This document shows, piece by piece, positions 45,701 to 59,100 of a stretch of DNA of 64,000 nucleotides (position 1 is its first letter; every line of letters starts with the position of its first letter). Position numbers and translations under genes: made by a program. The stretch spans positions 682,001-746,000 of the forward strand of contig CM039001.1 of the NCBI GenBank assembly GCA_017499595.2. Reading direction: 5' to 3'. The notes beneath the pieces are model-generated. The model saw nothing but the letters and a program-made list of their open reading frames with translations. It ran no database searches and was not told where the DNA came from. The stretch is from Psilocybe cubensis (taxonomy: Eukaryota).

Positions 45701-46502
45701 GAGAACGCATTCAAGCCATCTTGCGGTTTATCCACGGTGCCCGTCGCCCAAAACGCGACATGGGATTTACTAGCCACCTCTTCGAGTAACAAGCACAAAG
45801 GTCCTGCTGCCCTGAAGCAACTATGACTTAGTGTTCCTTTGTTATGTTCGGCCATTACTTTCATTTTTTCGGCAAAGGACAAATGGATGGCGAGTTTTTC
45901 GGTCTTGGGAAGGTCTTCGAATCCCAAATACAGAGACCAATGACGTCTGACTTCAGAAAGCGTGCGATCTGTGCTAAATCGAATGTACAGGCCATACTTC
46001 GATGCTTTCCATGTGTTCAAGTCGGTTGAGCACATTAGCAGTTGTTGGCATTGGAAGCGCAGGAAGTCATAGTCAGTCTGGTTCAAGAAGAAGTGGTAAA
46101 ATATTGCCCATATGGATGCCGATGAGATTCCATCTGCAGCCATGGTCAACAGGACTATGTTTCGTGCTAAATGCATCGTTAGTATGTGCCTCAGCGTGTT
46201 GGATCATGTTAGTACCTAGTATCGCTGGTTCCAAATCACAGCAAGTTACGTCCAATTTGCGAACGTCTTGTGGGGTATAATATGAGCAGGTAAAACACGA
46301 AGAGATGGAGGAGAGGATGCCTACCTTTTCCACAAGTGAGTTCATTACAAATGGTAAACAAGATATGCCGTGGATCTCCGCATCCCAAGAGAAGAATGTT
46401 CGCGTTCTCCTCGGGCGCTAATTCCTGGGTAAGACAGATAGGTGGTGTATTTCCAATTGGGTAGAAGAAGGGTCTTTTAGGCCATAGTAAGGGAGTGGCC
46501 AT
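42739..46502 (-). CDS. DUF4470 (methyltransferase-like N-terminus) plus C-terminal MYND zinc-finger protein, copy A
   Basis: FFYPIGNTP, LLLGCGDPR, FNVIDTSNLTDH, ERCRTWKH...C and the MYND pattern CASC...CSRC...YCSSSCQKSHWKAHKLDC. Confidence 0.85.
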
Positions 46503-48315
46503 GATCTGGAAGCAGGGCAAGGACTTCAGAGGGGATAGTGGGAAGAGGTAGATCGGTAGACAAGGAAGGCAGAGTGTATCAGAGGGTTTTTATACTTGTA
46601 GGGTGGGCAAATGCCGACGCATGACGTGCACGAGGTCTTATACTTCAGATGCGTATATTTTATTTGTATTTTCCTGCTTTTTGATTGATTTTATACTAGG
46701 CTCTCTCAGCTTACATCTTGAAAGTTTTGACAAATTGTCTGTTTGAACCATGTGCTTGTCGTATGGGGTAGCGCACGACGAAATTATTCGCGTCTTCCTC
46801 TTCGCTTGCTCGACGCCAACATCGGCTTTGACGTAATAAGTGAAAGCAGTGAATGCGATAGCAAGTGCCGCAATTTGGACGTTTCTGCCACCACTCGTTT
46901 CGTCAGGTCTTCCAATTGCCAAAAAAGACAAAAAGAAAGATAAGTTGTAACGCATCGATCCACGTCCCTCTGAGCCACTCAAACGCGCTTCGGAGGAGGC
47001 TCAGCATACTTCTGGAGACTGTACGCGTAGTTTTGAAAAAGTTGATAGGCCTTCTGCAGTTTTTAAGGGCGTATTTCGCGCTTATACACCGTCACGAGCA
47101 TCCATCAAACCCCACGCGATTTCACGACACGCAGACATAAGGGTGCATACATAACCATCATAAAATTCACCACGATCTGCAACCTTTCCGAGGTACGCAG
47201 CTGCTCGTCGTCAGAGGCAGAGGTCGTCCTGAACGGGTTGGTGAGATGGAATGCGACGACCTGGTTGTCACGGAGATGAACGGGACCCAGCTTGTCGCAG
47301 AAGGAGAATGGGAGGTATTCGTGGGTGACAGTGTGTATGCCGGTGCTTGACGTAGGTGCAGGCAATGGTGGGGACGAACGCTGCGCGTGGAATCTGGCGG
47401 AGGCGGCGACGGGAAGAGTAGCAGTGAGTGGGAAGTGTGCGGGATGGTAGAGCAGACGGATCACCGTGTTGCTTTTCGTGTAGGACTGCCAAATAAGATG
47501 GCATGGTGGAGCCTTGGAGGGTGGAGGTAAGCACGAGAGCAGCGTGGCTGTAATGCCCCTAGTCGTCTTGTCTGGTGTCTGAAACGACAGGTCCAACAGC
47601 GGCGAGGTAGCCACTGCTCGTCGTGTAGGTGGCATGTAGCGAAGACGACAAACGATGCAGCTCATTTCATGGGGCGGCGGGACGGGCAGAAACTGTCTGA
47701 GGTGTGGATACTGCTCATTTTATGGAGCAACAGAGACGACGGGCGGAACAGGAGTGACAAACAGCAAACAGTGCTGGTCGTTGTGGGTGGTGGGAAGTAG
47801 TAAATATATGCTGCTCGACGTGTGGGACAGAGGTGGAGATAATGGCAGTTGCGGTTATATGCGTGACGAGCTGACAATGTGCGTTTGGACGACGAGACCT
47901 CGTGGTCGGCACTGCTTGTTGCGGTCTGCAAATTTAGTGCGCTATGAGCTTTTGTTTGCTTCATATATGTCATAAAATGACTTTAATCCTCAACATGTCA
48001 ATTTTGGTTTAGGTGAAGTCGGGTCAGAACAATATGGGGCCTTCATAAAATTAGTGCAGAAGTCAGATAAGTCGAACTTGTGTTGAATGGTGCGTCGTTA
48101 CTTTACTTCATTGAACGGTATACATCTAACGTCGACCTCAGAGGGCTACGTAATGTATATATAAAATGCAAATAAATAGCGACCCTCAATTATGTGCAAA
48201 TTTAACTAAAAAGCGACCAAGACGAATGAACCCAAAGGTGAACAGTAGCATACAGCCAAACAATAACAGTTGAAAACGATCACACTGGAAACCGTTAATA
48301 AAGAACTGAATGGTA

Positions 48316-51300
48316 TTACTTTTGAGAACTGAAACAGCGCATTTTGTGGACTTTCCAGTCATTCTTTTGACAAGTCGTGGAGCAATATCGAGCCGTTTTG
48401 CACTTGCTACATATTTGTGAAGCTTCAGCTTTACCGCAATAAGTGCACTCTGTCGAGTTGGAAGGCGGTGACGGAGGAACAGGAGGGCCTTCAGGACTAC
48501 ATTTTCGGAATGACTTCAACAACTCATCGTTTGCGAAAGTGAATAGAAGATCGATAGCAATTCGGGTGGCGTAAGGTGCAAAAGGAGCCCAATTTTTGAC
48601 TCTTTCGAAAGATCCTAGATTCTTTCCAAGCCCACAGATGCAAAGAGGGCTACTGGCGTACATTTCAAATTCCGAGAGAGCGGGTATTCCTTTTTTCAGA
48701 TACTCGCATCTTTCTGTGTGCTTCCAAGTCCTGCAGCGTTCAGCAAAAGCAGGGAAAATCTTTTTCCATGATGCTGCTTCATCCGTGAGAGTGCCGAATT
48801 GAATTGGGGTCACATTTTTCAACGCGCCAATGACGTCCATCATCATTGCGCGATAGAAGGGCACCACACACGCGTCTGCCACAATGGTTTGAGCAGATAG
48901 GTCGAGCCGGATTTCATTGATGAATATGTAGGCATATACACCTGTTCTATTTTCAGGATTGGCAAGGGCAAAAAACGCGAGGATGCTCTGACGAGATCAT
49001 GTGTTTATTGAACAAATTGGCGATGGATTCTTTAAGATTCCAAATCATGCCTAGTTGTGCTTATCCTTGAGATTTCCCGTCTTCCCTCTCGCGCTGAGTC
49101 ATTGTCATTCCTAGATGAGGGATAAGCCAAGTGTCGTGTCTGTGGTGAGGCGATGGAATTTGAAGTGCAGGAAGTGTATCGAGATTGACGTAGTGCATGT
49201 TCAGAAGATTGATGATTTTGTGTTCGCGGGCGATAGGGAAAAGGTTGATCGAAGGATTCCTAGTATCTTCAAAATCGGACCTAACTGGTGCCTCGATCTA
49301 TACAAAAATTAGACAAAATGACAATAATAGTACACCAAAATGACATTACCTCAACATATGAAGATTTGCGAGCAATCCTGACCTTCAGAAGATCGGTGCG
49401 AATAGGGAATGGATAAACGAAGGTATGTGCATATTCGTCGATATAGACTTGAATAGCGGTATCAGCAATGGCCTCCTTGTCCACTGCTACACCACTTAAG
49501 AGATTGTCCCTTGCAGTATGATCTGTGATATTGTGTCTGACCGTGATGCTTGCAACTTTGGGAACTGAAATGTCAATACTGATCGAGGCCGTTTGCCCAG
49601 CTCGTGCTGAGGATGCAGAGGAATTGTGGACGCGGTAACAATTTAGTTCCTCGGGGTTGTTGGGGCGACGGCGGACAAGAAGAACATTTTCCGAATCAGA
49701 AAGCTTTGTGGAGTATATACAAAGGCGCCTTCCAAGTGTAGAAGCGAGGGCTGAGACTGCATATGGCGTGGATTTAAACACGAGGGCGATTTCGACAGCC
49801 TCCGGTGGAACCTGAAGCAAAGTCCATGACTGCAAGTAAAAAGTGACAATTAAGTCAGAATCACCGTCCCATTCGCGCAGATCTTCGTCAATAGAAACTG
49901 ACACTTCTCCATCAACCAAGGATGTGATAATTTTGCCGAATACAGGCCGAATGGAGCTATACACATTGTGAAATTGAGCACTTCGCATTTCGCATTGTAG
50001 GATAGGCGTGCCAACTGAGTCGCGACTCATTTCTTCAAGCACTTTCATTCGATTTCGAGGAACCTTTAGGATAGCAGTAACGACAGGTGGTATATCTTTC
50101 CATCCCCGGAACAGATTATTACGCCCACGCAAGCTTTCAAGGAAGGCCGATTTCATGCTATCCATCACATAGACGTCGTAGAGGTAGAGTTGGCAAATAA
50201 AGTCTTGATAATGTGTATTCCCCATTAACAGTGTTTGATCTGCGGCCTGGAGGTCATCAAACGACTCCACAGCATCAATCCAGTTGGACTTGACACGTTC
50301 CTTGACTAAAGCCATAAATGTGACCAGGCCTTCTCTGGTGTATTGACTTAAAGATATTTTCTTAAGGTTGGCAGCGGTCAAAGTCCCAAGAGAAGCCAGG
50401 CTTTCGTCGTCAAAGATCTTCAGATAAATTGCGAAGAGATATCGTCCCAAATCCTTCGCTGGCCATTTCTGAATGACCGGTCTCTGCAAATCAGTGGCCA
50501 AATCGTTACTGACAAAGCCTGAAACGACGTGTGATGGTGCTCTCCAAACAACCCGGTCCCGTGTTTGTGCGCAGACATGCATTGCTCCTGCTACGAGCTC
50601 GTGCTTGTTCGAATAGGTCGTGAAATGGGAAAGAGAAGAAGAAGGCGCAACTCCCAACGCTAAGGAGATAGAAGGAATATCACCGACATGATCCGCCAAG
50701 GTAGTTATAGGCAGACCGTTGGACAGGTCGAGAGGTACAAGGATATCAGTATGGAGGGTAGCCCAAGGTTTCTGCTGCAACAATGGCACTGTCGCGGTCA
50801 AAACATTGAGCATACCGAGGTGGTTTGCCAAGTTGGATGTATCGATGACATTGAAAACCAGCGGAGCAGATGTCCCATTTCCGGCGTAGTCATCATCATC
50901 AAGGACAATCTGCGCCCCACCCCATTGCATAACGTAGGCACCAGAATGTGTGGACTTCGTTCTTTGGCAAACAAGAAGGGCCCGAGAAAAGGCCATTGCT
51001 TCCCCCACATGAAACCTTAAAACGAGGTTGGATGCACGGCCTGTAGCTATCCTCTTCTTGAAGGCAGAGCACCAAAGGTAAAATTGGCCCTTGGCGCTTT
51101 TGACAACGTCCCTTATCTTGGGCGTAGGAGGCGAATATACAGCTTTGACAGGAATCAGGCCAGGACTGAGGTTGAAAGCGGGTAGTGGCTCAATCCCATA
51201 GAAAACAGAGAAACCGCCTCCAGAGGATGCATAGTAAAACGTCGGGTTCCAATGCGGAGGGGAGATGGGAGTCTCGTCCGTGGTTCCTGTTGTCCAATAT

Positions 51301-52051
51301 GTGGGGTATGATGTCGAGGCTTCACGCTGGTCCACGAAAGGGCAAATGGGACCCGAGGATCTAAGACTGTTCAAAATATTCCCACTCTGACATCGTTTCC
51401 GACACAATTCCATTTCGGCCCCAAAAGATTTCCTGATGACTTCCTTCTCTTGTTCTGGCAGAACATCGACCTCGGAATATTTGACCCAATAACTGCGTAC
51501 GTCGGCAAAAGACCGTTCTGTGCAGAAGCGGATGTAACCACCGTACTTGGAAACTTTCCAAGCTCCCAAGTCGGAAGAACATTGAATAAGTGTACGACAA
51601 TGAGCTATGAGCTGTTCGTATGCCGTTGGTTCCAAAAAGAGGTGAAAATAGATGGACCATATAGTTTCGGTTGGAGTGCCATCTGATATCATTGTGAGGA
51701 TGATGATGTTTCGTGCTTCATGAAGACAATCGTTAGGCATTGGAACAAAAAATTCTCTCCTGAGTAGACGTACCAATGACCGCTGGTTCCCAATCACAGC
51801 ATGTAACGTCCAAACGTCGATAATCTTTGAAAAATCTTGGGTCAGTATTGGAAAACACATAAGAAAATATAGAACATACCGGGTGCTAGATCATGGTAAA
51901 CTGTGAATAGAATAGACCGTGGATCACCACATCCTAAGAGAAGAATTTCCGCGTCTTCTTCGGGACGGAGTTCTTTGGTTAAGCATACAGATGGCCAGTC
52001 ACCAATTGGAAAGAAATAAGACTTCCTCATCCACACAAGGGGGTGAGCCAT
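48316..52051 (-). pseudogene. DUF4470-MYND copy B with a premature stop and a frameshift upstream of the MYND domain
   Basis: Colinear with copy A, but has an in-frame TAA at 49061-49063 and an extra base in the 6-nt homopolymer at 48970-48975. Confidence 0.75.
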
Positions 52052-52682
52052 GTCGTCAAAGTTTGAGTAGAAAGGCTGAACTATATGGGGGTTAAAGAAG
52101 AAGTCAAAACGCTTGAGGAAATGAGACCAATTTATTATATAACCTATGGCCCAAGCTCCCTTCTTTTAAGCACGAACCTTCTTATCCAAAAATCAAATCC
52201 AATAACTCGAACAAGGTGTTGCATGGTCGTGTTGTCGAAAGATTGATTGACAGCTCACGAAATCTATGAGAAGCCTAGGTCTTGTCAACAGGAGTTATAG
52301 ACAAGGGTTTTAGGTATATAGATCTGTGGCCCATAATGTACGCGACCGGCCGTTTATGTCAAAGGAGGTCAAAGGAGGTCCAATGTTTGGGCGGTTATCA
52401 TGATTATAAAATTTCCCACAGAGCTTTGACAACAGGAACTGAATTGCCTTACGGAGAAATAATAAACAGTCATAAGGCTATGGAGGGAACTGAGGCTCAA
52501 AAAACAACGACATAGACACTGGAGTCCAATTCTCCTCAAATTTAATATATTAGCATTAAATTGGAACAAAATAAATCCATCCATAACAAAACATATGTTA
52601 CATTACAGAACCAATGGACAATGAAACTGATGAATAGCAAAACATATGGCAAGCAAAAAGCGATTGAGTGAGATTAATAGCA

Positions 52683-54783
52683 CTAGATTGCCCAAAAGCT
52701 CGGCGTTGCCATCGAGAGTTCCTCCATGTACCAATAATTAGGAATGACCTTCTTCGACTTGCTCTTTCCTTTCTTCTTTTTCTTCACAGGAGCATTGGCC
52801 TGACGGACAAGCTGAACCCAGACACCACCAAGTCCCATACCTTCACTAAAGAGAGCGACGTTTTCAGTCGACTCAATAAGAAGAGTGATCTCATCATTGA
52901 AAGGATCGTAAGGCTTGGGTATCCCTTCCGGGACCTCAGGGGCGCCTGGCTCAGCGACTGCCCCAACGGAAGCGGGAAGAATAGTAGGCTGAGAATATAA
53001 TGGGTATTCCCCACCATCCCAGTCAATCATAGGTCCAAGAACGAGTTTCGTGAATTGACGTTCAAGGTCGTTCTCCACATCAGCAGCGTCTGGACCGACA
53101 CCCTCCTCAAGGACGGGAGGCGGGGGAGGGTTTGATGGAGGGGGGATAATAGATTTGATGCGCCGCATCGATTGCTCGACAATTCCTGTCGTATGAGTCT
53201 TTGCAAGCGCTGGAGGGATAACGTCTTTTGGCTTGGGAATAGTCCATTGAGAAAGCTTCTCCTCTTCTGGCACAGGGTCATCCCAGCCATTAAACTCGGA
53301 AGAGGCATCAATGATGGTGCCCCCCCATTCATCACCGCATTTTGTAGAATCATTGCCCCAACCAGAATTTCCCCAACTAGGATCATAATTTCCCCATCCC
53401 GACGTAGCCTTGTCCTTTGAATCGCCATCCTCATTGACTTCCTCTATTTTTGTTGTAGGTGGATCCTCAAACAGAGGATTGGGTGGTAATTGCGATAAAT
53501 CAAGTTCAACGATTGAATAACCATCTGTTTTTCTACCGTAACATTCTATACAACACTTGCTGAAGTTGTCGGGATTGACTTTTGCCATGGCGGAGATGTT
53601 GGGAATCTCCTTGATAGATGCCGCGATAGGTTCCAATGATCGTCGAAGAGAGCGTTCGATTTCTGGCAAGACTTTACTGCGCAAGAGATAATTCACGAAG
53701 AACTGGAGTATATGGCCTATACACTCCTGATTCGCTTCGGTCCTGATAAAATGTCAATCAACTTCAAGCCCTACGTAAAATGGATACACAAAACCACATA
53801 CCAGATATATCCCATCTCTCGTGCATGCGACGTCAAAAAGATTCTGATCGATTTCTCCGGGTTCTCGAAAAAAGTGGAAAGCTTATCCTCCTTCTCAGCC
53901 AGATGTTTTTGGATTTTCAGGACTTCTGGAACCTCTTTGTCGAGCACAATGCCGGCCATAGGGTCTTCATTTACCTCTTCATCGGGTCCATCGCCCACTT
54001 CATCTGACATATCCTCGTCCAGCTGAGCGTTGGCTCGCTGTTTCGCGGCCTTGCTCTTCTTCCCTGAGGGCGCTGGGGTGCCATCAGATAAACCAATGTA
54101 GCGAAGGAACTACGTTACGTGGTTAGAGAGCACAATAAAAGTCTTATTATCGAAAGATATACCCTTTCCCAAATAAACTTTGGACCAGACTCAGATGCAA
54201 AATCAAGCGGCCACGAACGACCATCCGTAAAATCGGCAGCAGCAGCATGAATCCTTTCAAAACGAGTGGAATTCCTACAGGAGAAAGGGGAAAAAAGCCG
54301 AAAGCGTTAGCAAAACATCTAACACACGTTAGGCCCAGCAGGACGCGCCCAAAAAAGTGCAAAAAGAAAAGAAAAAGGGCAAACTAACCGATCAAACCCA
54401 ACCGACACCCTCGCCGCCTCGCGTTCCTGCCACTCCTCCCACCAAAGCAGCTTCTTCGCAGGCAGCCCAATCTTCTTACGCGCAGCAGTCTCGTCCTCGC
54501 GCCGCTTCCTCTTCGTGTTCGTCTTGCACCCATCCGTATTGTGCTTTGATCTGAGAGGGACCGTCGGCACACCCAACGTGTCGATCTCTGTGTCGTTCGG
54601 GCCTGGGTTCATGCTGATCCCGCGCTCGGTAAAGTCTTTGAATGGGACGACCTGCACGCCGTCTGGCGCTTGTGGGAAGGGAGGGAATCGTATGATCGGC
54701 CCGTCAGGGAGGTTCACCACATGCGTAAATGTCGGCGTCTCGGTCTGAGTGCCTGCTAGAGTTACAACTACTTCGACAGACAT
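52683..54783 (-). CDS. Conserved hypothetical protein, possibly Arb1-like (Argonaute siRNA chaperone subunit), multi-exon
   Basis: Exons include PFKDFTERGI, WWEEW, SIRIFLTSHAREMGYIW and FVNYLLRSKVLPE. The Arb1 resemblance is from memory of basidiomycete proteins and is not verified. Confidence 0.55.
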
Positions 54784-54944
54784 CAGGGTGCGGTAAGGTT
54801 GGCTGGAGGTTTGAGTAAAAGTTGGTCGGAATCAAGTGAAAGTGCGGGAATCGCCATGGTATCGATTGAACGAGCTGTCCTTTTAAAGTGGTTCTTCTTA
54901 TCCGGGCGCCTATCGTACCCCACGAACTCAAGTGACTCATAAAA

Positions 54945-55578
54945 GATCCCAGAAATCTGAATCATCGGCCCAGTGCATTCAGTGGTGACTTTGTTTTTCC
55001 ACGATGCGGAATCATCCGCACTTAAATCTAATCTGGCAGGTGCCCACTCAAGCTGGACACAACGAACGTTTGGAAAGAACGAAAACCAGCATAATGTTAA
55101 GTATAATTTAAAGAAAGCAATACAACACGAGGGAGGAAGGGAAGCCCTAAAACAAATTAGATGTAAAACAATTCGAGATTGGGTGCTAGATAGATGGACA
55201 AAGAAAATACCATAGCGAAATGGATGGAAAGAAACAAAGGCGAAGAAAGGAGAAGTGAAAGGAAAGGTCAAGGCAGGTAAGTAACTAGCAAAAGAAAGAA
55301 AAGTAAGGAAGAAAATCGCAAATTTGCACAGCGATCTCCTACGATAGAACAGGAAACATAAAACCAGCACCAGCCTGCGTCGACCCCTTTCACAATCGTA
55401 TTTGCCAACGCCATCCTCTTATCCTCTCACGCCTTGAGCGCCCTCAAAGCTGAACAATCTTGTACCTCATCCCCTGCTTCACATTGTCGACGCTCACACT
55501 CCCTATCTTCACATCATTGTCCAGCAAAAAAGTCGAACAGCCTGAACAGCCCGTCGAGCTTGTCGTCGTTCGGGTCCG
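54945..55578 (-). repeat. Degenerate tandem duplicate of the last ~80 codons and 3' UTR of the adjacent SH3-SAM-PH gene (matches about 55715-56352)
   Basis: Shared blocks include CACTCAAGCTGGACACAACGA, CCAGCACCAGCCTGC, GCCTTGAGCGCCCTCAAA, CTTCACATCATTGTCCAGCAAAAA and CGTTCGGGTCCG; indels break the frame. Confidence 0.85.
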
Positions 55579-56113
55579 ACGATCTCATGAGACATCCTTA
55601 CCTCGAACAAAATTTATCATGGAAAAAAGAAATAACACATCTAACCAATTAGATTTATACCATCCTGAATAACTTTACGAAAGCAGTATAATGAAATATC
55701 TGAAGCTCACAAAAGTCCCAGAAATCAAAAGAGACGCGTCGATTGATTATTGGTTTCCACGATATGTACATAATCATCCACACAGAATCTAATTGGGCAG
55801 GTGTTCACTCAAGCTGGACACAACGAGCGTTGGGAATGAACGAGAAACAGTATAATGTTATGCACAAATTAAAACAAAAACAGTAAAACACGAGGGGAGC
55901 GAGGGAAGCCCTAAAAACAAACTAGAAAGTAAAAAAAGAAAAAAAATCAAGATTGGGTTCCAGATAGATGGACAAAGAAAACATCATAGCGAAATCGAAA
56001 GAAAGGCGATGGGAGGGGAAGAGAGAAAAGAAAAAGGAAAGATCAAGGCAGGTAAGTAGCAAGCAAACAAACAAAGAAAGTCCAATGAAAAAAGACAGAA
56101 AGGATCGGGTCTC

Positions 56114-59100
56114 CTACGACAGAACAGGCACCATAAACCCAGCACCAGCCTGCATCGACCCCTTCGCAATCGTATTCGCCAACACCCTCCTCTTATCCTC
56201 CCACGCCTTGAGCGCCCTCAAAAGCTGCACAATCTTATCCCTCTTGCCCTGCCTCACATCATTAATGCTCACACTACCCATCTTCACATCATTGTCCAGC
56301 AAAAAGTCGAAAAGCCTGAACAGCCCATCGAGCTTATCATCGTTCGGGTCCGTGGGGAACGCAGAGTCTGGTACGGGAGGCGACGATGGTCGGCCTTTGA
56401 TCGATTCGGCTAGACGGAGCAGTGCGAGCCCGCCGCACAATGGGCCTGTGGGATCCGTAATTTGAAGGTTCTCTGGCAGATGCGTGTTGGCCCATTCAAT
56501 CAAGGTGTCTTCAGCAGCAGTAGTCTTATTCGACAATATCAGCACGACCGAAAGGTTGATTTAAAGAAAAATAGAAAAAAAGAGCAACTGACCGCTGTTC
56601 GCACGGAAGCCGACCGTCTCATCTCTCTCGAAGGCCGTGGAGGAGCCGCCGTCCGTCTGGTAGGCGTAGCCGGCACATCATTCAAAGCACCCCCATTCGT
56701 AGTCGACGCGTCGTCGCTGAAGAACGAATCCAACTTCTGGCGCTCATCCTTGCCGTCACTGCCCGGCAGACCCATGAGGACCCGGGCATCGCGACTGGAC
56801 AGCTGATCAGGATACTCCCGACGAAGCGCTTTCTGCGTCGCATCACGCGCGGTGGGCGAGGGCGGGCGGGGTGCGGGGTTCATGGCTTGCGCTACAACCA
56901 GCGGTATGGTTGGGATGTTGCATGACGATACAACAGGTTCTAGAGAAAAAGAGTAAAAAAAAGAAGAAAAAAATTATAAATGCATGAAACGATTTTTGTG
57001 TAAGATTGAGACGCACTGGTATAATCCCGTCCAATGGTGGCCTTCATGATAGCCTTCATCCAATCCCTCACAACCGTCTTCTCCTCTGAACTGAAGTAAT
57101 GCGTCTTGTCATGATCATGATCAATCCGGAACCCATATCGTCCAGGATCAACATTCTCATCCACAGTAACTTTATACCCAACAATGTGAATGTATCCCTT
57201 GATCCTCGTTTCCTGAACCAAAAAGAAAAAAAAAACACATAAGCACCAACCAACAAAAAAGATCAAACATTAAAAAAATGAGTACCCACCGTCTTGCTAT
57301 TACTCCTCATCCAATACAAATGCGGGCCCTTCAACACGAAATACCTCAACTTCCACGAATTATACCTATCCCCCTTCTTCCTCATCCACCCCACATGGTC
57401 CGGCTCGCCAATCTGATCAAGTATACTCTGCCCCTGCTTAATCGTGCCCACCGTCTCCTCCTCCTTCTCCTTCTCCTTGCCCCCCTTCTCCTTCTCCTTG
57501 CCCCCCTCCCTCTCCTTCTCATCCTTCCACCCAGCAACCGTCGACGACGCCGCATACGACCCAACAACAGGACTATGCGACTGCGTCGACGTCGTGCGCT
57601 TCCTCAGCGTATTCGCCGCGCTGCTCCCTTTCACCGTCTGACTCTGCGTCGACGACGACGCGAGCGTGTCTTTATCATCATGCGCAAAGACGTCTTTCGG
57701 CGAGGACGACTGGCTAGGCGTCGACGGCCGCTGAGACGTCGACGACGCCTTGCGCAGACTCGGCCCGTGCAGCCTAGGCAGCATAAACTTGCTCGTCCGC
57801 TCCGCCGGCTCGTCCGTCGCACTATCATTTTCATTAACACGTCAGAACATCCAAAAAAACCCAGGAAAAAAACATCAACGCACCTCGGTGGCGGCTTACG
57901 GCTCTTGCCCAGCGTACCGGCGAACGTGCCCCCAAAGATACTAAGCCTATCATGCTTAACCGCTCCATCCACACTCTTCTTCGCACGCGCATGCCTCGTA
58001 TGACTCCCAACACTCGCCGAGTCCTTCTCCTTCTCCTTATCCTTGCTGTCCTTACTATCCCTATCCTTGCTCTCTCTGTCTTTACTATCCTTACTATCCC
58101 TGTCCTTGCCCTCCTTATGCCCGTCCTTCGTACTCCGCAGACTGTCTTTATCACGATCATGCGTCTCGCGCAGGCTAGGCGACGGTAACGGCGACCCAAG
58201 CCTCGCAGACGGCGTCGAGTCCTGCGACCTCCCAAACAGCCTCCGCCGCATCTTCTGGCTCGTCGCTGGGATCTCGCCCTATACAATTTTACAAGGTCAT
58301 TAAAACTGATGAATATAGAGAGGAGAAGAGAAGAGAAGAGAAAAGAAAAGACGCACATCGCTCATATGCCCACGATCGTCCTCGTCCTTGGGCACGATCA
58401 ACGACGACGCAGCACCAGCTTTCGCAGCTGACTCCTTCAACGCGCTATCGCTCGGCGAAGGGCCCAGCATCAACGGACGTTTCTACAATTCATACATTTC
58501 ATATAAAGAAAAGAAAAGAACAGAAAAGAAAAGAAAAGAGGCAAAATGTTAGAAAAGAGATGGATATACAAAGAAGAGAGAGAAACGCACAGGAGACGTA
58601 TTGGGACTTACACCACCCGCACCAGCACCGAGCCCAATACCTAGGCCAACACCAGCAGCACCAACCGCGGCGGCACCCAGCACACCATTCCCACTCCCAC
58701 CACCCACGGCAGTATAACTCTGTCCCTCCGGCACAACATCAAACTGTCCCGCACCCGCATATCCATTCCCATTCCCATTCGCATATCCATTAACATACGA
58801 ATACCCACTCCCACTCCCATTTCCATTCCCATTCCCATTTCCATTCGCACTAGGCGACGACCCGCTCCCACCACCGACAAACGACGACGAAGTTCCAGCA
58901 GCAACAGGGAACTGTGGTGCCATCGGACTTCCAAGTGAGCTCTGCTGACTAGCCGCGTACGCATACGCATAGCTCTGCGCATTGATCGGCGCTAGCCCAC
59001 CCGCACCCGCACCCGTCGCAGTCCCAGGGAAAGACCTATGACTATGACTCTGGCTCTGCGTCCTCGAATGCGGCTGCGACACCATCCCCTGCCCTTGTCC

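Noticed and set aside
46638-47975. Short ORFs between the two DUF4470 genes
   Set aside because: There are coding-looking fragments with stops, but no recognisable family or consistent splice model; possibly a decayed gene.
49061-49063. Premature stop rescued by A-to-I editing or readthrough
   Set aside because: The codon is TAA and a frameshift follows, so editing alone could not restore the protein.
54783-55370. 195-aa Phe-rich ORF
   Set aside because: It is a read-through of the duplicated T-rich 3' UTR, not a credible protein.
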